Assembly (NCBI GenBank): GCA_963772705.1
Contig: CAVYYH010000011.1
Location: forward strand, 322,384 to 386,383
Source: an uncultured Bacteroidales bacterium
GTDB lineage: Bacteria > Bacteroidota > Bacteroidia > Bacteroidales > VadinHA17
Length of the DNA stretch: 64,000 nt
Direction: 5' to 3'
This document shows, in pieces, positions 36,389 to 45,922 of the stretch; position 1 is the first letter of the stretch, and each line of letters opens with the position of its first letter. A program made the translations under genes and the position numbers. The notes under the pieces are model-generated. The model was given only the letters and a program-made list of their open reading frames with translations, made no database searches and was not told the origin of the DNA.

Positions 36389-37294
36389 ATGAAAAACACT
36401 CTTATCGTACTTCCCGGACCGACTGGTGTGGGAAAGACCGATATTGCCATAAGCCTTGCACTTCATCTCGGGTGTGATATAATATCATGTGACTCAAGGC
36501 AGTTCTACAGGGAGATGCGTATAGGCACCGCCGCCCCTGATGATGCGCAGCTCGCCCGCGTCAGACACCACTTTATCAGATTCCTTTCCGTCAGGGACTA
36601 TTACAGCATTAGTCTCTATGAGCGTGATGTGCTTGCCCTCCTTCCGTCACTCTTCCTCAGTAAAAATGTTGCCGTCCTGACCGGAGGGTCGATGCTATAC
36701 ATGGATGCTGTCTGCAGGGGTATGGATGATATCCCTGACACTGACCCTGAAGTGCGGGAAAAGTATATGGAACTGTACAGGAACGAGGGTATCGAAGGAT
36801 TACGGCTGGCGCTCAGGCTTCTTGATCCGGAACACTATTCAAGGGTCGATCTTCATAATCCAAGGAGGATTCTGCGTGCCCTTGAGATTACCGAAAGCAC
36901 GGGCAAACCATACTCATCGTTCCTCACCTCAAGAGTCAGGGAACGGGACTTCAGGATCATCAAGGCAGGGTTAACACGCAACCGTGACGAACTCTATGCC
37001 CGGATAGACAGCCGTGTCGACGGCATGATAGAAGCAGGTCTCGAGCAGGAGGCGGCCTCGCTCATGCAGCACAGAGGACTGAATGCACTCAATACCGTCG
37101 GATACCGTGAGATGTTCAGCTTCTTCGACGGGGAGATGACACGCGACAGGGCGATAGAGCTCATAAAAAGAAACAGCAGGCGCTATGCACGCAAACAAAT
37201 CACATGGTGGAACAGGGACAGTGAAATAAGATGGTTTGATGCCGCCAGGGGTCAGGAAATAATTGAATGGATAGACAGCCAGATGACCGGCTGA
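36389..37294 (+). CDS. miaA: tRNA dimethylallyltransferase
   Basis: 301 aa with the P-loop GPTGVGKT and the block SCDSRQFYREMRIGTAAP. Confidence 0.95.
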   Translation: MKNTLIVLPGPTGVGKTDIAISLALHLGCDIISCDSRQFYREMRIGTAAPDDAQLARVRHHFIRFLSVRDYYSISLYERDVLALLPSLFLSKNVAVLTGGSMLYMDAVCRGMDDIPDTDPEVREKYMELYRNEGIEGLRLALRLLDPEHYSRVDLHNPRRILRALEITESTGKPYSSFLTSRVRERDFRIIKAGLTRNRDELYARIDSRVDGMIEAGLEQEAASLMQHRGLNALNTVGYREMFSFFDGEMTRDRAIELIKRNSRRYARKQITWWNRDSEIRWFDAARGQEIIEWIDSQMTG

Positions 37295-37302
37295 CGGCTG
37301 GT

Positions 37303-37956
37303 TCAGACAGGCTCCTTAAGCATCCTTATCACCTCTGCAGGGTTGGACGCTGAAAAAACAGTGTTTCCGGCTACAAGCACATCCACTCCGGCATGTACCA
37401 GCACCGGGGCATTCTGAAGATCGATACCGCCGTCAACTTCGATAAGGACATCGTAACCCTCTTCGTCTATCATGCTCCTCAGCTCCCCTATCTTGTTTAT
37501 GCTTCCCGGAATAAAAGTCTGTCCTCCGTAACCCGGATTAACGGTCATGAGAAGCACCATATCAATATATGGAAGAATGTCTTTGAGCAGGATGACCGGC
37601 GTATGAGGGTTAAGGGTCACTCCTGCCTTCATCCCCAGCCGGCGGATCTCGGTCACCGTGCGGTGGAGGTTGTGGCATGCCTCATAATGTACAGTCAGTG
37701 TCGTTGCCCCGGCATCCCTGAAACGCTCAAGGTACCTGTCAGGGTCTACAATCATCAGATGGACGTCAAGAGGCTTGACGGTGAGATCACGCACAGCCTC
37801 AATGACAGGAAAACCGAATGAGATGTTCGGGACAAACAGCCCGTCCATTATGTCAAGATGCAGCCAGTCGGCTACACTGTCATTAACCATTTCAACCTCG
37901 CCTGCAAGGTTCGAGAAATCAGCTGCCAGAAGTGAGGGTGCAACCAGGTGGCTCAT
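37303..37956 (-). CDS. rpe: ribulose-phosphate 3-epimerase
   Basis: 217 aa with APSLLAADF and HLDIMDGLFVPN motifs. Confidence 0.95.
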   Translation of the reverse strand: MSHLVAPSLLAADFSNLAGEVEMVNDSVADWLHLDIMDGLFVPNISFGFPVIEAVRDLTVKPLDVHLMIVDPDRYLERFRDAGATTLTVHYEACHNLHRTVTEIRRLGMKAGVTLNPHTPVILLKDILPYIDMVLLMTVNPGYGGQTFIPGSINKIGELRSMIDEEGYDVLIEVDGGIDLQNAPVLVHAGVDVLVAGNTVFSASNPAEVIRMLKEPV

Positions 37957-37978
37957 GATGAAACTGATTTAAATATTA

Positions 37979-38842
37979 TCAACCAAGGTATGATTTTAAT
38001 ATGCGGCAGCGTGTGGTAAACTGTATCCGTTTGATTGCCTTTTCCTTTATCTGTCTTACCCTCTCACGCGTCAGGCTCAGCTCCTCGCCTATCTCCTCGA
38101 GCGTAAATGGGTGCTTCATCCCGATGCCGAAATAAAGCTTCAGCACCCTGGCTTCTCGCAGAGAGAGTGTGTTGAGCGCTTTCTCTATCTCATATGAGAG
38201 TGACTCATTGATAAGATTGCGGTCAGGGCTGGGGGTGTCATCATTCGGCAAAACATCGTACATGTTGTTGTCTTCCTCCGAACTGATGGGTGCATCCATG
38301 CTAAGCGTACGGCCGTTGGTCCGGATAGCCTCCTTCACATCGTCAGGGGCGATCTCAAGCAGATCAGCAATCTCCTGGGCCGAGGGCTCACGCTCATACT
38401 CCTGCTCAAGCTTTGAATAGGCTCTGTTGATCCTGTTTATCGACCCGATCTTATTCACCGGAAGCCTCACTATCCTGGCCTGCTCAGCAAGCGACTGAAG
38501 AATGGCCTGCCTGATCCACCATACGGCATATGAAATGAATTTGAAGCCCCGCGTCTCATCAAACCTTTGTGCCGCCTTTATCAACCCGAGGTTACCCTCA
38601 TTGATAAGGTCAGGAAGAGTCATCCCCTGGTTCTGGTACTGCTTGGCAACTGAAACGACGAATCTGAGATTGGCTTTCACCAGCCTTGCAAGGGCATCAT
38701 TATCATTGGCCCTGATGCGTCGTGCAAGGGAAACCTCCTCCTCCGGTGAGATAAGGTCAACCTTTCCGATCTCCTGAAGATACTTGTCGAGAGAAGGAGT
38801 ATCACGGTTGGTTACCTGCTTGGTAATTTTTAACTGACGCAT
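37979..38842 (-). CDS. rpoD: RNA polymerase sigma factor RpoD (Bacteroidota short sigma-A)
   Basis: [14 protein letters not shown]... with regions 2-4 ([36 protein letters not shown]). The track ORF begins 18 nt further upstream. Confidence 0.93.
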   Translation of the reverse strand: MRQLKITKQVTNRDTPSLDKYLQEIGKVDLISPEEEVSLARRIRANDNDALARLVKANLRFVVSVAKQYQNQGMTLPDLINEGNLGLIKAAQRFDETRGFKFISYAVWWIRQAILQSLAEQARIVRLPVNKIGSINRINRAYSKLEQEYEREPSAQEIADLLEIAPDDVKEAIRTNGRTLSMDAPISSEEDNNMYDVLPNDDTPSPDRNLINESLSYEIEKALNTLSLREARVLKLYFGIGMKHPFTLEEIGEELSLTRERVRQIKEKAIKRIQFTTRCRILKSYLG

Positions 38843-39142
38843 TACCAGATAGTTAGGCAATCCCTTTGCAGCTGTAACGGCAAAAGCCTACAATTCTACT
38901 GAAAAATATTTAGAAATACAATAGATAAGGTCATTTTTTGATTTTGAATGAAAAGCTGATTTTAACCCTTTTTAATAGCCTGACAGGCTAATTTTATTAA
39001 TGTTACTTGCATTTCTTTGATTTTTTGATTAAAATTGCACCGTAATAACGGTTCGATCCGGATATTCGATCAGAGGAGATACTTTTTCACTCTCCGCTTC
39101 ATCAGAAAAAATCTTATTTATTTTTCTACACAATCTTAACAT

Positions 39143-41120
39143 ATGCATGATATTCTTGAACTGAGCGAAATGCTTGTTCCCGAATTGCGGGAAATAGCCA
39201 AGCAGCTCAAAATTAAGAGGGCAGAGCTCCTCAAAAAACAGGATCTTATTTATAAAATCCTTGACCAGCAGGCAATTGATGCTGCTGAGGCACGCAAAAC
39301 AAGCCGACCTGATGGTCCGCCGGCCGCCAGGCCGCAGCAGCGCAGGGAAGCCACGTCCAAAGCCTGAGCGAAGCGAACAGCAGAAAACAGCGCCGCAGCA
39401 ACCAAAACAACCGCCGCAGCAGCATAAGCAGCAGCAGCATAAGCCACCCCAGCAGGGTCAGCAGAAACCACCGCAGCAACCCCAGCAGCAGGGTCAGCAG
39501 AAATCGCCAGCAGCCACCACAGCAGCAACCTCAGGGACAACCCAGCCGGGACAACCCAGCAGGGGCAGCCTCAGCAGGGGCAGCAGCACGCAGCAGCCGG
39601 GACACACAAAGGTCGTCACGGCAACAGACAATGGCAGCAGAACAGGGACAGGCGCCCGCGATTCAGCGGACGACCTGCCGGATCAGCGAGACCTCGCCTG
39701 AGTCGCAGAGCCTGATAATGAGCGCCGGCCGGAGAACGAACGCCAGCGCCCCCAGCAGCAGCAACAGCCTCAGCCACCCCAGCAGCCTGACAGGCCCTTA
39801 TTTGCCAGTGAACCGGTAATGGATAATGACCAGGACATGCTCAGGCTTAACGAGGCAATGACAGAAACACCTGTAATAATGGAGACGGCTGCAGCTGACA
39901 CATCTGTAATTCTTCCCCCTTCTTCACAGGAGAATCTTAACGGACAGCCGGAGCTGCATGAGCCGGTAAGAGAAGAGAGAAAAGAGAGAGCATATGACTT
40001 CGAAGGTATAGTAGCCAACACCGGCGTCCTTGAGATCATGCCCGACGGCTATGGCTTCCTCCGTTCACCTGATTACAACTATCTCAGCTCACCTGATGAC
40101 ATCTATGTCTCACAGTCACAGATAAAGCTCTTCGGGCTTAAGACAGGCGACACTATCAGGGGAACTATCCGTCCGCCGCGTGAAGGCGAGAAATATTTCC
40201 CCCTTATAAAGGTCGAGGAAATCAATGGCCGTACACCTGATTACATACGTGACAGGGTGCCTTTTGACTACCTCACCCCTCTTTTCCCGAATGAGAAATT
40301 CACGTTATGCAAACCGGGAGAGGGTAACCTCTCAGTGCGTATCGTCGATATGTTCTGCCCGATAGGAAAAGGACAGCGCGGCCTGATAGTCGCACAGCCA
40401 AAAACAGGTAAGACCATACTGTTGCAGGATATAGCCAATGCCATAGCGAAATACCACCCTGAAGTATATCTGATGATCCTTCTCATCGATGAACGTCCGG
40501 AGGAGGTCACCGAGATGGCACGCAATGTCAACGCTGAGGTCATCGCCTCAACCTTTGACGAGCCGGCCGAGAGGCATGTGCGCATTGCAACAATTGTCCA
40601 GGAGAAAGCCAAGAGGCTGGTAGAGTGCGGTCATGACGTTGTCATACTCCTCGACTCCATCACCCGTCTTGCAAGAGCCTTCAACACCATAGCCCCTGCT
40701 TCGGGCAAGGTGCTGTCAGGCGGCGTCGACTCGAACGCTCTGCACAAGCCAAAGCGGTTCTTCGGTGCGGCACGCAACATTGAGAACGGAGGCTCGCTCA
40801 CAATCATCGCAACGGCTCTCACTGACACAGGGTCGAAGATGGACGATGTCATCTTCGAGGAGTTCAAGGGTACCGGTAACATGGAACTGCAGCTCGACCG
40901 TAAACTTTCCAACAGGAGGATCTTCCCGTCGATAGACATACCTGCCTCAAGCACAAGGCGCGAGGACCTTCTTCTCGAGAAGAGCATACTCAATAAGATC
41001 TGGATCCTGCGTAACTACCTTACTGACATGAACTCGGTTGAGGCAATGGAATTCCTTCGTGACCGGATAACACAGACACGCTCGAATGAGGAGTTTCTTG
41101 TTTCAATGAACAGCGAGTAA
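39143..41120 (+). CDS. rho: transcription termination factor Rho with a long Q/P-rich low-complexity insert; the reading frame is interrupted as given
   Basis: The N-terminal helix-bundle motif ([38 protein letters not shown]) is in frame 2 and stops at 39365-39367. Frame 0 is open from 39198 to 41120 except for one TGA at 39699-39701. The C-terminal 433 aa carry the OB domain ([14 protein letters not shown]) and the Walker A motif ([15 protein letters not shown]). Confidence 0.9.
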
Positions 41121-41138
41121 AATTTCAGAAAATATAGT

Positions 41139-41146
41139 TAAATTTG
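41139..41146 (+). promoter_or_regulatory. candidate -7 box TAaaTTTG upstream of nifJ
   Basis: Matches TAnnTTTG 51 nt upstream of ATG 41197. Confidence 0.4.
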
Positions 41147-41196
41147 CAGTTTATTTTTTTACAGCAAACTTGATCATTAATCTTTCATAATTAAAA

Positions 41197-44100
41197 ATGG
41201 CAACAAAGAAATTCATTACTTGTGACGGTAACCAGGCAGCTTCTCACATAGCTTATATGTTCAGTGAAGTAGCCTGTATCTATCCCATTACTCCCTCTTC
41301 CACCATGGCAGAGAATGTCGACGAGTGGGCAGCCCACGGACTGAAGAACATGTTCGGCGAAGAGGTTAAAGTTGTTGAGATGCAGAGTGAGGCCGGTGCT
41401 GCCGGTGCGGTTCACGGATCGCTGCAGTCAGGTGCTCTTACAACCACGTTCACTGCATCACAGGGTCTGCTTCTCATGATCCCCAATATGTACAAGATAT
41501 CAGGAGAGCTTCTCCCGGGTGTCTTTCATGTCAGCGCCAGGACTGTTGCTGCACATGCACTCTCTATATTCGGTGATCACAGTGACATTTATGCAACCCG
41601 CCAGACGGGATTTGCAATGATTGCCAGCGGCAGCGTACAGGAGATAATGGATCTCTCCGGCGTCGCTCACCTCACCGCAATCAAGTCAAGAGTCCCCTTC
41701 CTCCATTTCTTTGACGGATTCCGCTCCTCCTCCGAGGTACAGAAGATAGAGGTAATAAGCATGGAAGACATGAAGAAGCTCCTTGACAGGGATGCACTGA
41801 AACGCTTCCGTGGCCAGGCACTCAACCCTGAGCACCCGGTGACAAGAGGCACTGCACAGAATCCCGATATCTTCTTCCAGGCAAAGGAGGCTGCCAACCC
41901 GTTCTATGCACATCTTGATGATGCGGTTAACGACTATATGGAGAAGATATCAGCCCTCACCGGAAGGACATACAAGCCTTTCACCTACTACGGTGCACCC
42001 GACGCTGAGCATATCATCATGGCCATGGGATCGGTGACAGAGACCATCAAGGAGACCATCGACTATCTCGCAGCAACAAAAGGGGCAAAACTGGGTCTTA
42101 TCTCAGTTCATCTCTACAGACCCTTCTCTGCAAAGTACCTGTTTAACGTATTGCCTGCCAGCGTCAAACGGATCACAGTGCTTGACCGCACCAAAGAGCC
42201 GGGAGCCAATGGCGAACCTCTCTATCTTGACGTCAAGGAGGTATTCTATGACAGGGATGTCCGCCCGATGATACTCGGCGGCCGCTACGGCCTGAGCTCG
42301 AAGGATACCACTCCGGCACAGATGATCTCTGTATTTGAGAACATGGACAGGAAGGAGCCTAAGAATCAGTTTACCGTCGGAATCATTGACGACGTAACAT
42401 TCAAATCACTCCCTCTTCTGCCCGAAGTAAACGTAAGCGACAAGGGAACCTATTCTGCCAAGTTCTACGGGCTCGGTTCCGATGGCACTGTGGGAGCAAA
42501 CAAAAACTCGATCAAGATCATCGGTGAGACAACTGACAAGTATTGCCAGGCCTATTTTGCCTATGACTCCAAGAAATCAGGAGGTATAACCACATCACAC
42601 CTCCGTTTCGGTGACAAGCCGATACGCTCACCCTATCTTGTCAACACCCCTGACTTCGTGGCATGCCACGTACCGTCATATCTTGACAAGTATGACATGC
42701 TCAGAGGACTTAAGAAAGGAGGCACCTTCCTCCTCAACTCAATATGGGATGTAGAAGAGACAAAGGAGAGACTCCCTGACAGCATGAAGAAATACCTGGC
42801 CGGGAACAATATCAATTTCTACATGATCAATGCTACACAGATAGCAGAGGAACTTGGTCTGGGGACACGCACCAATACCATCATGCAGAGCGCATTCTTC
42901 AAGGTGGCTGAGGTCATTCCTTACAAGCAGGCCGTTGATGAAATGAAGCATTTTGTCATCAAGTCATACGGCAGGAAGGGAGAAGATGTTGTCAAGATGA
43001 ACAATGATGCCATCGACCGCGGAGGTGAGGTCATTAAAGTCGAAATACCTGCCGTATGGGCATCAATCGAGGTCAAACCTGCTCCTGTTGACGAGACCAA
43101 GCCTGCCTTCATACGTGACGTGGTGGAACCTATCAACGGCCTGCGCGGCGATGATCTGCCGGTGAGTGCTTTTGTGGGACGCGAAGACGGCACATTCCCT
43201 GCAGGAACAACTGCCTACGAGAAACGCGGTATTGCAGTAAACGTTCCGGAATGGCAGATGGACAAGTGCATACAGTGCAACCAGTGCTCTTATGTCTGTC
43301 CTCATGCCGTCATAAGGCCTTTCCTCCTTACTGATGCGGAGCTGGCAGCAGCACCCGAGGGGACAACAGCCAAACAGGGCATCGGCAACACCAAGAGCCA
43401 CAAGTTCCGTATCCAGGTCAGCGTATATGACTGCACCGGCTGCGGCAACTGTGCTGATGTATGCCCCGCCAAAGAAAAGGCTCTCATCATGAAACCTCTG
43501 GGCACACAGCTCGAACAGGCTGAGATATGGACCTATATGCATGAGAAAGTCGGTTACAAGGATACTGTCGTTGACAAGTATACCAACGTGAAGAACTCAC
43601 AGTTTGCACAGCCTCTCTTTGAGTTCTCGGGCGCATGCGCAGGCTGCGGCGAGACACCTTATATCAAGGCAGTCACACAGCTCTTCGGCGACCGCATGGT
43701 TGTATCGAACGCTACCGGATGCTCCTCCATCTACGGGGGGTCGGCACCGTCAACGCCTTATACGATGAACCATAACGGCCACGGACCCGCATGGGCAAAC
43801 TCACTCTTTGAAGACAATGCCGAGTATGGCTACGGACTGGCACTGGGCGCAACAAGGTTAAGGGAGCGCATTGAGAGACTCATGAAGGAGAACCTCAATA
43901 ACGGACTGAAACCGGAGACAGTGACAGCATTTAATGAGTGGCTTGCAGAAAAAAACAATGCAAAAACAAGCAGGGCGGTTTCAGACAAGGTTATTGCCGC
44001 ATGTGAGAAGGATAAAGCACAGGTCTGCAATGACATCCTCGAACTGAAGCAATACCTGGTAAAGAAATCGTACTGGATCTTCGGCGGCGACGGATGGGCT

Positions 44101-44829
44101 TATGACATCGGTTACGGAGGGCTTGATCATGTCATTGCCTCAGGCGATGATGTGAATATCCTTGTCCTCGACACTGAGGTCTACTCCAACACCGGCGGTC
44201 AGGCCTCCAAGTCAACCCCGGCAGGTGCTGTTGCCAAGTTTGCAGCATCAGGCAAGAAGATACGCAAGAAGGATCTGGGACAGATGGCCATGACTTACGG
44301 TTATGTTTATGTGGCACAGGTCTCGATGGGATCAAGCCAGAGCCAGTATTTCAAGGCTATCCGTGAGGCTGAGGAGTATCCCGGACCGTCACTCATCATT
44401 GCTTACTCACCCTGTATCAACCATGGCCTTCGCGACGGCATGGGAAAGACACAGGCACAGGCAGAGGAGGCAGTTACTTCAGGTTACTGGCATCTCTACA
44501 GGTTCGACCCGCGCCTCGAGGCTCAGGGCAAGAACCCCTTCCAGCTTGATTCCAAGGAACCCGACTGGAGCAAATTCCAGGACTTCCTCATGTCAGAGGT
44601 ACGTTACACTTCCTTGCTGAAGGACTTCCCCGGCGAGGCTGAGTACCTCTTCAAGCAGGCTGAAGAGAATGCAAAATGGAGGTACAACACCTACAAGCGC
44701 CTCTCGCAGATGGAGTTCGCTCCGCAGGAGGCAGTCACCGGAAGCCGCAAAATAACTGAACTTCCGTTCTGTTATCAGGAAGAGTCCCGCTGTCGCGGGG
44801 CTCTTTTTTTTATCTCACCAAATAGGTAA
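41197..44829 (+). CDS. nifJ: pyruvate:ferredoxin (flavodoxin) oxidoreductase
   Basis: 1210 aa with two 4Fe-4S motifs (CIQCNQCSYVCPH, CTGCGNCADVCP) and the TPP-binding region GGDGWAYDIGYGGLDH. The last ~25 codons run through a terminator hairpin (see findings). Confidence 0.97.
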   Translation: MATKKFITCDGNQAASHIAYMFSEVACIYPITPSSTMAENVDEWAAHGLKNMFGEEVKVVEMQSEAGAAGAVHGSLQSGALTTTFTASQGLLLMIPNMYKISGELLPGVFHVSARTVAAHALSIFGDHSDIYATRQTGFAMIASGSVQEIMDLSGVAHLTAIKSRVPFLHFFDGFRSSSEVQKIEVISMEDMKKLLDRDALKRFRGQALNPEHPVTRGTAQNPDIFFQAKEAANPFYAHLDDAVNDYMEKISALTGRTYKPFTYYGAPDAEHIIMAMGSVTETIKETIDYLAATKGAKLGLISVHLYRPFSAKYLFNVLPASVKRITVLDRTKEPGANGEPLYLDVKEVFYDRDVRPMILGGRYGLSSKDTTPAQMISVFENMDRKEPKNQFTVGIIDDVTFKSLPLLPEVNVSDKGTYSAKFYGLGSDGTVGANKNSIKIIGETTDKYCQAYFAYDSKKSGGITTSHLRFGDKPIRSPYLVNTPDFVACHVPSYLDKYDMLRGLKKGGTFLLNSIWDVEETKERLPDSMKKYLAGNNINFYMINATQIAEELGLGTRTNTIMQSAFFKVAEVIPYKQAVDEMKHFVIKSYGRKGEDVVKMNNDAIDRGGEVIKVEIPAVWASIEVKPAPVDETKPAFIRDVVEPINGLRGDDLPVSAFVGREDGTFPAGTTAYEKRGIAVNVPEWQMDKCIQCNQCSYVCPHAVIRPFLLTDAELAAAPEGTTAKQGIGNTKSHKFRIQVSVYDCTGCGNCADVCPAKEKALIMKPLGTQLEQAEIWTYMHEKVGYKDTVVDKYTNVKNSQFAQPLFEFSGACAGCGETPYIKAVTQLFGDRMVVSNATGCSSIYGGSAPSTPYTMNHNGHGPAWANSLFEDNAEYGYGLALGATRLRERIERLMKENLNNGLKPETVTAFNEWLAEKNNAKTSRAVSDKVIAACEKDKAQVCNDILELKQYLVKKSYWIFGGDGWAYDIGYGGLDHVIASGDDVNILVLDTEVYSNTGGQASKSTPAGAVAKFAASGKKIRKKDLGQMAMTYGYVYVAQVSMGSSQSQYFKAIREAEEYPGPSLIIAYSPCINHGLRDGMGKTQAQAEEAVTSGYWHLYRFDPRLEAQGKNPFQLDSKEPDWSKFQDFLMSEVRYTSLLKDFPGEAEYLFKQAEENAKWRYNTYKRLSQMEFAPQEAVTGSRKITELPFCYQEESRCRGALFFISPNR
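44782..44811 (+). terminator. rho-independent terminator, inside the annotated 3' end of the nifJ ORF
   Basis: gagtcccgc / tgtc / gcggggctc (9-bp stem, one G-U) followed by T9. Confidence 0.7.
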
Positions 44830-44834
44830 CTTTG
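44827..44834 (+). promoter_or_regulatory. candidate -7 box TAacTTTG upstream of ruvX
   Basis: Matches TAnnTTTG 23 nt upstream of the TTG start at 44857. Confidence 0.4.
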
Positions 44835-44856
44835 CACCCTTCAAAAGATTCCAATA

Positions 44857-45285
44857 TTGGGCAGAGCACTTGCAATAGACTACGGAAGAAAACGGTGCGG
44901 GCTGGCGGTTACAGACCCGCTAAGGATCATCGCATCCCCCCTGGTAACAGTCCCTTCCGGAGAACTAGAGGCCTTCCTTAAAGATTATATCCCCCGTGAA
45001 AATGTCACAGAGGTTGTGATAGGATATCCTGTCACCGTGAACAATTTGCCCAGTGAAAGCGTCAAATACATTGACCCGTTCATTGCAAGGTTCAGAAAAC
45101 TGTTTCCGCTGGTGGAACTGCACCTGGCAGATGAACGCTTTACGTCACAGATGGCAATGAGGACAATGATTGAAGGCGGAGTGAAGAAGAGCAGCCGCAG
45201 AGACAAATCGATGGTAGATCGCATCAGCGCATCAATCATACTGCAGTCATGGCTGACAAGGAGGGAGTTGAACAGCAAAAGATAG
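44857..45285 (+). CDS. ruvX: Holliday junction resolvase-like protein RuvX (YqgF)
   Basis: 142 aa. ALAIDYGRKRCGLAVTD is the YqgF N-terminal motif. Confidence 0.9.
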   Translation: MGRALAIDYGRKRCGLAVTDPLRIIASPLVTVPSGELEAFLKDYIPRENVTEVVIGYPVTVNNLPSESVKYIDPFIARFRKLFPLVELHLADERFTSQMAMRTMIEGGVKKSSRRDKSMVDRISASIILQSWLTRRELNSKR

Positions 45286-45295
45286 AAAAAGAATA

Positions 45296-45856
45296 ATGAC
45301 CTATCCCATTTATGTATACGGACATCCTGTCCTGCGCCAGGTAGCGAAGGAGATAGACCGTGACTATCCGGATCTCGATAAACTGCTTGCTGATATGTTT
45401 GAGACGATGTACAACTCAGACGGACTGGGTCTTGCAGCGCCGCAGATAGGAAAATCTATCAGGATTTTCGTCATTGACGGAGAGCCGCTGGCAGAAGACC
45501 ATCCGGAGATGAAGGGCTTCAGACAGGCATTCATAAACCCTCATGTCATCGAACGCACAGGCGACAAGGTGCCGATGAACGAGGGATGCCTCAGCCTGCC
45601 GGGGATACGTGAGGAGGTTGACCGCGAGTCAGTGATACGGATCCAGTATTATGATGAGCAATGGAATTTCCGTGATGAGGTTTACACCGGATACAAGGCC
45701 AGGGTGGTACTCCATGAGTATGATCACCTTGACGGGATACTGTTCCCCGATAAGCTTAGCCCGTTGCGCCGCAGGCTGATCAGGGGCAAACTGAATGACC
45801 TCATGCGCGGTAAATTTGAGGCTGAATACCGCACTGTGCTGCCCGCCTCCCGTTAA
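45296..45856 (+). CDS. def: peptide deformylase
   Basis: 186 aa with GLGLAAPQIG, EGCLSLPG and HEYDHLDG motifs. Confidence 0.96.
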   Translation: MTYPIYVYGHPVLRQVAKEIDRDYPDLDKLLADMFETMYNSDGLGLAAPQIGKSIRIFVIDGEPLAEDHPEMKGFRQAFINPHVIERTGDKVPMNEGCLSLPGIREEVDRESVIRIQYYDEQWNFRDEVYTGYKARVVLHEYDHLDGILFPDKLSPLRRRLIRGKLNDLMRGKFEAEYRTVLPASR

Positions 45857-45922
45857 CACCCCTTCCGTCTTGCTTTTTCTCCGTTAATTTTCTACCTTTA
45901 ATGGGTCTTAAGCTGTTGACCC

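Noticed and set aside
39246-39540. Antisense ORFs of 77 and 96 aa across the rho low-complexity region, and the 62-aa ORF 39631-39819.
   Set aside because: They are products of the CAG/CCG-rich repeats, which are open in nearly every frame. The locus is explained by rho.
39699-39701. In-frame TGA in rho as selenocysteine, or as evidence of a TGA-recoded genetic code.
   Set aside because: I see no SECIS-like hairpin immediately downstream. TGA clearly terminates other genes here (e.g. the tricorn-like protease at 22516 and the BNR protein at 27896). The surrounding region shows multiple frame problems, so an indel artefact or a real disruption is more likely.
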